A stretch of DNA of 46,545 nucleotides from Dicyema japonicum. Its lineage: Eukaryota; Animalia; Dicyemida. The stretch lies in the NCBI GenBank assembly GCA_011109175.1, contig RDEW01000073.1, positions 1-46,545 of the forward strand, read 5' to 3'. How positions within the stretch are numbered: position 1 is the stretch's first letter; each line of letters starts with the position of its first letter. The translations under genes were made by a program, and so were the position numbers. Shown here piece after piece: positions 37,560-46,545 of the stretch. The notes beneath the pieces are model-generated. The model searched no databases, was not told the DNA's origin, and worked only from the letters and a program-made list of their open reading frames with translations.

Positions 37560-38130
37560 TTGGCGAAATTTTTTTGTAAAGCGTCCACCATTATATAGCA
37601 TTTTAATACAGAGAATGCAACCCTTATAAAAATAGATTATAGTAATTCGGTGATCATCTTTGTAGAAGTTACAATAATTTTTCATATAATCTTTAATACT
37701 TTAAATGCGTTGTGGACAGCAAAAATTCTATCGTATTGAATTTCGCTAAATCCTCACTTTTCATCTTTTAGATTTTTCTTAATATAATACATGAACCTCT
37801 AGGAATTCATGGATATACATTACTTCATTGGAATTAGAATCCTCGAAAGAATTTTCAACGACTATATAACCATTTAGTGTTTCACCATTCATTTTAAAAA
37901 ATTAACGAATAATTCCTTTTATAGTCTGCCAGTTGCACGTTCGACATGGAAGGCGGTCTTCGATTAACAACTTCCTGCATTTCCTTCATCGATTTAATTT
38001 AAATTCATACTAATCTTGTTGATATTAAAATTAATTAACCCCCTCAACCGAATTCTAATTATTTCCTAAATAAACTGAACTTCCTAAGCGAAATAAGTAT
38101 CAATTAACCCAAAGGCCTTCCAAATATAAG
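37560..38130 (-). pseudogene. Unidentified intron-containing gene fragment, copy 2 of 2
   Basis: Same 25-nt intron (37799-37823). Has TGA where copy 1 has TGG, plus frameshifts. Confidence 0.5.
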
Positions 38131-38540
38131 CTTATTTATGCTAATTTTTAGAATGTTTCATTTTAAAATAGTAATTGTTTCAACAATTATGTGAATAATA
38201 TATTTATTGGTTTTGATGCTTGCAAAGCTCGGATGAAATCAAGGAAGCTGGTAGACGCTCTATTAGAATGGACCTTGAATCCACAGTTCACGTGGCCATG
38301 GAAGATTTCGTCTTCCTCGGTCCTCGATTCTGTGAACAACCGAGGACCATTCTACGAATGATAATGGACGAGGACTCCCAAACAACTAGAATACGTTTCA
38401 AAGGGGGATAAAGTACGGACCTTGTTTGTGACATTAAATTTAAAAAATAGTAAATGACAAACTTATCTGTTAAAAATACGGATATCCAATAAAATCAAAT
38501 AATTTATGATAAACTCAATTTTAGAAAAAAAACTAATCAT

Positions 38541-39410
38541 TTACAATTTTAGAGGCATAAAAGCGGAAATAGATCTCTCAACACATTCATTGACTTCGAA
38601 CCGAAAGTCATCATCCTCAGAGGTCACACTCTGCAATACATACACATTTCTACCTTTGAGATAACATTCACATAAGCCTTCACATCATCCACGGTCACCA
38701 CGACTATATTAGAGTCAGGTGAGTGATCCACACATTCTGAACCAAACATATCACAGAGACTTGACAAGAAAGCTTTTCAACTTATTCTTTTCAGTCTCCT
38801 CGCTAACAAATTCAGGGTACGAGAAATCATCTACAGAGTTATCTCCCGCCTTCAAAATAATAGCCTGAACGGCATCAGCGTACATATCTGAAGCAGGACT
38901 GGAAGTCCACTTCGAATAAAGACAATTCTAACCTCAAGGACCACGTGATCGTCCTTTAAAGTAATCTCGATTGCTTTCGAACAAAAATCTTGGAAGGACT
39001 CAACATCCTCGGAGACCAAATCAGTCATCTGCCTCAACAAAATTCTAACCAAATCCCGAGATCCCTTAAAGGGAATGATTGCCTTTGAACTATCGAACTC
39101 CTAATCAGTTTCGTGTAATCTAAAGAATCAAAGCCTTAACAAAACCAGTGACTTCCGAAGACTCCATGATATGGTAATTAAAATTCCGTTTAACTATGAC
39201 CCCCGAAAGTCATTCATTAATTGGAGGCCATTTTCCAATTATCTATGATTGGAGATATTGCCTGAGTACTTTAATGGTTCGTTCTCCCTTGAAATACAAA
39301 TCTATATGTTCTGTGTTACGTAGATCATAAATATCGATGTTATAAAACGGATCATTTCATATTTCCTTTTAGGAGCAGTCTTCAGTCTCCCTATCACAGT
39401 ACTGAAAAGT
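38541..39410 (-). pseudogene. CPSF3: CPSF73 (CPSF3) C-terminal pseudogene fragment retaining micro-introns
   Basis: LRNTEHIDLYFKGER, LSGVIVKRNFNYHI, VVLE|WTSSPASDMYADAV, DMFGSECV, VTVD, SEDDDFR match the recalled CPSF73 C-terminus (PRNTEAVTLNFRGEK, VSGILVKRNFNYHI, VVLEWLANPSNDMYADTV, DIFGEDCV, SEDDESLR). Introns 39243-39269, 39120-39145, 38910-38932, 38631-38653. TGA at 39210-39212; frameshifts at ~39357, ~39078, ~38753. Confidence 0.85.
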
Positions 39411-40144
39411 ACTTCTTACTACTGGCATTACATGAGTAGATCCCACTCGACTCTAACAAAGATATTTCGACTGATTTAGGAGCAGTCTTCAGTCTCCCTA
39501 TCACAGTACTGAAAAGTACTTCTTACTACTGGCATTACATGAGTAGATCCCACTCGACTCTAACAAAGATATTTCGACTGATGTGAAGATCAAATCCATC
39601 GATCATCTCCCAGGCATTTACAACAAGTTACATTTTCATCATCCAGGAAATGTCAGTAGAAACAGACTAATTGCTTTTATTTAAAGACAACATAATATAT
39701 ATCCGACAAAGGCGAAATATTTGAAGACAGGTGGAGAATTCTTGAGAAATGTTTAGACACCTTGGTTGACTTGGAGGAAGATAGTGCACATGCAAGAATT
39801 TCCATTAAGTTTCTGAGAAAAAGTAAGTTAATAAAATCTCAAAATTCTCCCCAAATTTCTTTAGGGATATAAATGTAAGAGTTTCAATGAATTAATCGCT
39901 GGAATATAGACAAAAAATATAGAATGACGACTCTTCCAATTCCATAAACTCGTTAAGATTGCGAGTACTGCGTTACTCGAAAAATTTTTGAAGAATAAAA
40001 TATAAATATAAACATGGAGAGAAAAAAACTGATTACTTTAAAAATAATGCTATTTTTGCTTATTTATCGAGCTTTATGGAAAACATCAGATTTTGAGTCA
40101 TTTTGTGCCCAGACTATCAGTGTTCTACTGAGAAATAATTAACA

Positions 40145-40860
40145 TTTTTATTATTTTATTTTTTTTATTGATAATTATTTTTTTTAACAATTAAACAAAT
40201 GTCAATTGAGGAAGCCTGCTGAGTGGATTGCGAACGAGTTCCCTCGGAGTATGGCTATTCCAATCTTTTGTCTTAGCCATAACCATTCTCGTTGATCCCT
40301 TTTCTTTCTGGCAAGCAATCCTCAGACTTCTCGCAAGAACTCAGCCGTCATTGGACCAACGGCTTCCGATGATTCGGTCGCAACAGGAGTAAATCGGTAG
40401 CGATCCCCGAGGCAAGAATATTTCTTGATTTTTAGGTTCTCCGCAGTCGAAGCAGCTGCTCCAGGTGTCTGAACCGATTTGAAAATGTTCGTGCTTGAGA
40501 ACGTGTCTATGCAAGTAGCGTCCTAGACCAAAGATCTTCCAGACGTGAAGGGGAAATGGGTCATCCTGTCAGATCTCTTTCCATCTCTTCGATCAAGACC
40601 CACTGGTTCAAGCTGTACTGGGAAGGTTGTAGCCTTCAGAGCTCTGACGATCACATCGTTAAGAGCAGCATGACGTGGTCCCCTTCCGGCGCTTCTTCTG
40701 CAGGACAGCGGGTGCAATCCCTTCGCATCGACTGTTTTTTCGTATCGGCATCGGTGCTCCTGGCAAACGTCTAGTCCCAGCCTTTGTCCGATTCCAATCC
40801 TCAAGGAATAGTCGTCCTAAAAGGTACCGAGGTTTGGGCAAGGTATTGCTCCACTCCCTC
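40145..40860 (-). mobile_element. 5'-truncated CRE-like element (RLE domain plus 3' UTR and tail)
   Basis: RIGIGQRLGLDVCQEHRC...HPLSC...RHAALND...KRSD...RSLVW; homologous to 5285-5870. Confidence 0.85.
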
Positions 40861-40964
40861 TGCTCCACTCTCTATGCTTGAAGCTGAATTTTATTATTTA
40901 CTTGACTTTTATTATTTTTGGAAAAATTTCTGATCCGGCTAAAACATGTTAATGTGATAAATTT

Positions 40965-41847
40965 ATTTTGAAACAACTAAACATAATTGGAGTGAAAGGG
41001 AAAATCCTCGAACTCACAAACCTCTTGAAAAGGTATAATACTGACATTTGCTTACTCCAAGAAACAAGAATGACTCCGTCTTCTTCCACTCCCGTCTTCC
41101 CAAACTATCACGTCATCAGCCGCGACCGCCTATCTGGGCGGGGTGGTGGACTGCCTACCTTTATCAAAAAAGATTTCCGTACGCAAACGAAACTTTTGTC
41201 AACCTCAAGTCTCCCGTCGAATATATTGGTATTTCAGTCAAGACAAGCATCGGATTCATAAACATATTGAATGTGTACGTGCCACTGTCCAACTCATGCC
41301 CCAAAGAATTCAGGTTCTACCTGTCAGACATAGGCAAATCAAAATATATGTTACTTTGTGGATACCTAAACGCAAATTATCCGATATGGTTCAAGAACCA
41401 ACCATGCGATGTCAGAGAAAACCAATTGTTATCGAATCTGGATTACCTAATAAAATTAAACAACCCTACATTCAATACAAGGACTCCCTACAGAGCAAAT
41501 GACAGTACATTGTCTTCCGATCTCACTTTCCTCACCAAACATCGCAACATTAACAAAATGGACAGTGCTATACGAGACCAGCAGTGACCATAATCCCGTT
41601 ATGATTACGTTTGAAGGAAGAGTGTCAATTGTAAAGAAACCTGTTTTATTTATCGACTAGAAAAAGATCTCAAATTTTGTCTACTATTATCTACTTGACT
41701 TTCATTTATCCAATTTCAACTCCATCAATAAAGCACTACACTATTTTAATAGAGTGGTACGCGAGGGAATGAAAATTTGTATTAAAAGAAGGCCACTGAC
41801 CTCAAGAGAAACGTCTTCCTTCAGAGCCGATCCACTCATAAAAAAAN
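40965..41847 (+). mobile_element. APE endonuclease region of a Jockey/I-like LINE, decayed
   Basis: QLNIIGVKGK...CLLQET...RDRLSGRGGG...NVYVP...DHNPV; frameshifted. Confidence 0.85.
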
Positions 41848-42700
41848 NNNNNNNNNNNNNNNNNNNNNNNNNNNNNNNNNNNNNNNNNNNNNNNNNNNNN
41901 NNNNNNNNNNNNNNNNNNNNNNNNNNNNNNNNNNNNNNNNNNNNNNNNNNNNNNNNNNNNNNNNNNNNNNNNNNNNNNNNNNNNNNNNNNNNNNNNNNNN
42001 NNNNNNNNNNNNNNNNNNNNNNNNNNNNNNNNNNNNNNNNNNNNNNNNNNNNNNNNNNNNNNNNNNNNNNNNNNNNNNNNNNNNNNNNNNNNNNNNNNNN
42101 NNNNNNNNNNNNNNNNNNNNNNNNNNNNNNNNNNNNNNNNNNNNNNNNNNNNNNNNNNNNNNNNNNNNNNNNNNNNNNNNNNNNNNNNNNNNNNNNNNNN
42201 NNNNNNNNNNNNNNNNNNNNNNNNNNNNNNNNNNNNNNNNNNNNNNNNNNNNNNNNNNNNNNNNNNNNNNNNNNNNNNNNNNNNNNNNNNNNNNNNNNNN
42301 NNNNNNNNNNNNNNNNNNNNNNNNNNNNNNNNNNNNNNNNNNNNNNNNNNNNNNNNNNNNNNNNNNNNNNNNNNNNNNNNNNNNNNNNNNNNNNNNNNNN
42401 NNNNNNNNNNNNNNNNNNNNNNNNNNNNNNNNNNNNNNNNNNNNNNNNNNNNNNNNNNNNNNNNNNNNNNNNNNNNNNNNNNNNNNNNNNNNNNNNNNNN
42501 NNNNNNNNNNNNNNNNNNNNNNNNNNNNNNNNNNNNNNNNNNNNNNNNNNNNNNNNNNNNNNNNNNNNNNNNNNNNNNNNNNNNNNNNNNNNNNNNNNNN
42601 NNNNNNNNNNNNNNNNNNNNNNNNNNNNNNNNNNNNNNNNNNNNNNNNNNNNNNNNNNNNNNNNNNNNNNNNNNNNNNNNNNNNNNNNNNNNNNNNNNNN

Positions 42701-43070
42701 TGAGGACTTCCCCGCTGAATTACATTCTGAACTACACATTAGTTACGATTTGGCAGATTCAAGTTAGTGTAAGACGGACCTTCAATGGGGTGCTGGAGCT
42801 CGTGGCGTAGATGTTGTGCGCATTTCATTCTCAAGTTGAACTTGGTGTGATTCAAGCTGTCGCTGTGTACCTGTATGTTTGTGGAGAAGGATCTAGTTAT
42901 GTTTGGTTTTGTTTTTGAGTATTCGATAAGGGTTACCCGAATTGGTGTTCTAGAAAGGGGATATGGTTGGTTTTTATTAATTTTGTGCTTCGTTTTACTG
43001 TGTTCTTTATAGGAGGGAAGATAAACGTCTTTCTCTTCAGGGAGTGTTTTGATCAATTTCGGAGTCTATC
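42701..43070 (-). mobile_element. Probable LINE C-terminal (post-RT) fragment
   Basis: PYPLSRTPIRVTL... resembles post-RT segments of Jockey/I-like LINEs; weak. Confidence 0.35.
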
Positions 43071-43503
43071 GAAAAAAGTTGCATAAATCCTTCTTGTGAA
43101 TATTTTATTAGATAACTCTATTTTGGTTTATCTTGCACTATTCGCAGTAAAATGAAGATGTTCCATATGAGTCTATAGTCCTATCATCGTTCTCAACTGT
43201 TTAAACATATTCCTTTTCATTATGAGAGTACTAGTGTGTGAGTAAAGCTAATAGTTTAAGTCCTTATGTGATTAATTAGGATAATGCTTACGTCGTTCTG
43301 CATAAATCTGAGGAAAACCGTCCGTTCTTTAATACTTATCTAAGTCGATTCTTTCTGGAATCGTTTTTTGAAGTGAAATTATTCTTTTAGAGACAAGAGT
43401 ATAGCTGTGTGATTTAGTTGTCCAACCAGGATATTAATTAAATCTTAATAAATTTGAATTAATTAACACAATTTATATCCCAGAAAAATGAACATTAAGT
43501 TAG

Positions 43504-44311
43504 TTAAATGTTAAATTGAACTCCGCAAGTTCCAAGTACATTATACTTGTTTTTAATGGCACAGCAGACTGAAATAACATTATTAATTACGTGATTCACA
43601 TGTCTTTTTGTAGGTTCTTCTAAATATATTACTTTTGAACATATACAATATAATATCTTTGTGAAAAAATTGTAAACTAAATACTTCTTTATATCTATAC
43701 TAAATATAATATCATACGCCTCAGGATAATCGAATGAATCAGTGCAAACGATAACACTATATTATTATTATTAAAAATACTTATGTATATAAACAATGTT
43801 GGAAATAACTTTAAAAACTTGAATAACATTTATTCTTCGAGGAAACGATCTACATTAATTACAAAAAAAACTACATTTCGAAAAGCATTGATAAATTTTC
43901 CGCAAATTCGATCGATATGAATCTGAGGGAATTACAGTAATTAAAATATCTATAAATTTAAAAAATATATATAACATTTCCTTAATGGTGGGTGGGAATG
44001 TTTGGTTGTCTACAGATTTTAAACTTTCATCATAATAACCACATCGACTATGAATATTTAATAATAATTACAAAGCATCTAACTCCATTCCCAATAATGA
44101 AAAGATGACATCAGGTTCAAATTCAATATTTTGAACAATTAATGCAGCTACATAAAATTCTGGTAGGCCAGTTATCGAATATGTACAATTAATCCAATAT
44201 CTTAATAATTTATATTTAATACAGAGCTCTATTTATTATTAATTCGTTTTTGCATAAATTCTGTGATGTCAAAATATCGAATGACAAGTTTAACACAAGA
44301 AAAGTGAACAT
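43504..44311 (-). CDS. Small LRR-like protein with hydrophobic N-terminus, ~213 aa, not in the ORF track
   Basis: Exons 44311-44223, 44200-44072, 44047-43976, 43949-43875, 43849-43781, 43756-43718, 43694-43591, 43568-43504, separated by 22-26 nt GT-AG introns (six consecutive phase 2), give an uninterrupted frame: MFTFLVLNLSFDILTSQNLC...PTIKEIYFNYCNSLRFISIEFAENLSMLFEISF...CESLCCAIK...FNI*. Confidence 0.65.
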
Positions 44312-44715
44312 CTATGAGATTAAATACCAAAATAATAAATATACGATAACCACAAGAAATAAAAATTACTACATGAAATACAGTCGTCATAATTAATAAT
44401 AATTTTATTAACTAAAGTGTTGGATTAAATAAATAAAATTAAAAAATAATTTAATTAAATTCACACAATCAACATGGGTTTTCGATTTGTTTAGTAAATT
44501 TACTTTAAAATTTAATAAATTTGTCAAAAATGTCTAATAACTTTGCCTTAATGTTTAGTTACTTTATCAAAATGCTTAAAATTGTGTCAAAAAGTTTAAT
44601 ATCTTTTGAATAATGTTTAATTACAGGTCAATTTGCGCGAAAATTAAATTTTAAGTGAATCTGAAGAAAGGCTACGCACATTGACACTTCAGAAGTTGAC
44701 TCACAATAACCAATT

Positions 44716-44830
44716 CATTTGTTGTCTATCTGGAAGCTGCTCTTCGTAATCTGGGATCTAAAAATTGTCCTATTTTTATCTAGGAACTAAGATATGCGGA
44801 TGACCTGGATTTTGCTTTAGAAGAATGATG
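44716..44830 (+). mobile_element. Tiny RTE RT remnant
   Basis: FVVYLEAALRNL...LRYADDLDF, compared with FTIYLEAAMREL...YADDVDL in the 27-31 kb RTE. Confidence 0.6.
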
Positions 44831-45759
44831 ATAGCTAATTCTTTATTAGACAAGAGTACTGCAGGGTAAATGAAATTATTTTTTTCAGACAAGAGTACTA
44901 CAAGTTAATTAAATTAGTCTAATTTTGGAGGATTAGACTTGAAATTAACACATAGCAGTATGAGTAGTTAGCCTGAGTATGATAAGAGAATCTTTTTCCT
45001 TCTTTAGAATAAAATAGATGATATTGTTCCAAGTAACGAATGACCAACATTCGCTCTCTCGAATTGATTTTATGTGAAATATTAAAAAATCGAATAAGGT
45101 AATCAATTAATGACAAAATATTTTTTGTGCGATTTTGGCTCATATTGATCTATCAGGACTAAAAGATTTTCAACCTCGGATGATCTTTTTACTTGAAAGT
45201 AAAAATAGGTCATATTTCTCCTTGACCGTAAAATTAGGTCAACCGTTAAAGTAATTTTAAATATACATTTGATGACTATAGATGCTATTAGTATTCTTAA
45301 TATTATTCGCAACCAAATGTGGATGCCAGGTTTAGGTTTATTCTGACTTAACACTCCTCTTATTTCTGGATCTGTGGACGATTAGAAGGAGATTTTCTGA
45401 ATGATCTAATTGACCGAATTAATCTGAAATCACATTTAGATATGTTTTTGAAAAATAAAGAGTTCCTTGAGATTAATATGATACTGGAGGTCTGCTTCAA
45501 GACGACTAGAAATTAATTAACAAATGATTGGTTGAATGTTTATCAATGTGGTAAATTTGGCAACGTTCTGACAAAGAGGCAGTGAGAATAACTACCTTGC
45601 TCCGATTTGACCTTATTTTGTGTTAATGAAAATTCATTTGTGGACGCTGAATCGATGGTTATCATCCTTTAAGCTAATTTATGGCTGTCCCCGAGGTAAC
45701 AACTTGACATTAAAAATGCACTTTTTCTGCTGGCCACAACTAGTTTCTTCCTTTGCGAT

Positions 45760-46545
45760 GGCGACGCCCCGAAGGGATAACGATATTCCCATTCGCTAAT
45801 GGTTGAAACATTGCTTGGGGCGTTACACATGTTAAAATATACTAGTATCTCGTCGATAATCCTTCCTTGAAGCCATATTGGAATGTAGGTTGTGGGAGAA
45901 AGGGCGAATAACTTTTAGGACCAGTTTCTCCAGGATCCTCGACAAAACACATATAAGGGAAACTGGTCTGTAAGAGCCGGGATCGTTCTTCGGTCTTCCC
46001 TGCTTAAATATTGGTCGAATTTTTGATAGTTTCCATAAAGTCGGTATGGTATTTATGTTCAGCGATGTGTTGTAGATGTTTGTTAATGCATTTATTGATG
46101 CTGGGCCCAAGTGTTTCAGCAAAATAAGAGGAATTCCGTCTGGGCCACATGAGTTTGTTTTTTTCTGATTTGATATTGCTTTGGATACATCTTTAGGGAG
46201 AAAATAAATCAGCAGGGCAAATTTGGATGGCTTTCTCTTTATTTTCGTTTGTGTGTTAATCTTTTTATAAGGAATGTGACTGATTCGAATACAATGTTTC
46301 ATATATTTATTCAGATTGAGCTGGCATTGTTCTTTGTTATCTTCGTATTCTGGGATCTTCAGAACATCTTCCACATGTTGGAAATTGAGGTCTGGTTATT
46401 CATGGCAGCAGAGATTCGCATGAGTTTCTTCCTTTGGGTGTTGTTTGTGCTTTTCGTGATAAGAATGTTTAGTGACCTGATTCGATTAATAACCTTTCGT
46501 GAACGATGTATCATTTTCTTAAGGTTGTTTCTTTCCATAATTATT
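45760..46545 (-). mobile_element. Jockey/I-like LINE RT N-terminal fragment
   Basis: SCGPDGIPLILLKHLG...WKLSKIRPIFKQG...SYRPVSLICVLSRILEKLV. Confidence 0.85.

Noticed and set aside
1507-39582. CRISPR-like or satellite arrays
   Set aside because: Repeats are two-copy units of 98-173 bp without unique spacers; eukaryotic context with no cas genes.
9296-42767. Long ORF-track entries made mostly of X
   Set aside because: They are translations of N gaps, not genes.
44919-45700. Separate gene upstream of the LRR-like gene (minus-strand ORFs 45103-45354 and 44919-45143)
   Set aside because: Could not build a consistent spliced frame or recognise a family; left uncalled.

Overview
AT-rich eukaryotic nuclear DNA from a gapped short-read-style assembly: 7 N-gaps, several single-N joins and many 98-173 bp near-perfect tandem duplications. 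The defining feature is tiny spliceosomal introns (mostly 21-31 nt) under the standard genetic code, which fragment the ORF track. Manual splicing recovers four loci: (i) the 5' ~1,917 codons of cytoplasmic dynein-2 heavy chain (DYNC2H1, minus strand, 30 introns of 21-29 nt, cut by a gap); (ii) a complete, shortened 934-aa exportin-1 (XPO1/CRM1, 7 introns); (iii) an ~213-aa LRR-like gene invisible to the ORF track; (iv) intron-retaining pseudogene fragments of TRPN/NompC and CPSF3 plus an unidentified two-copy family. The rest is mainly decayed non-LTR retrotransposons (Jockey/I-like APE-RT, RTE, CRE-like and R4/Dong-like RLE elements) and a four-copy tRNA-headed SINE-like repeat with a conserved hairpin. 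Micro-introns plus IFT dynein plus TRPN suggest a ciliated, highly reduced metazoan such as a dicyemid; this is an inference. All homology calls come from recalled motifs, not database searches.
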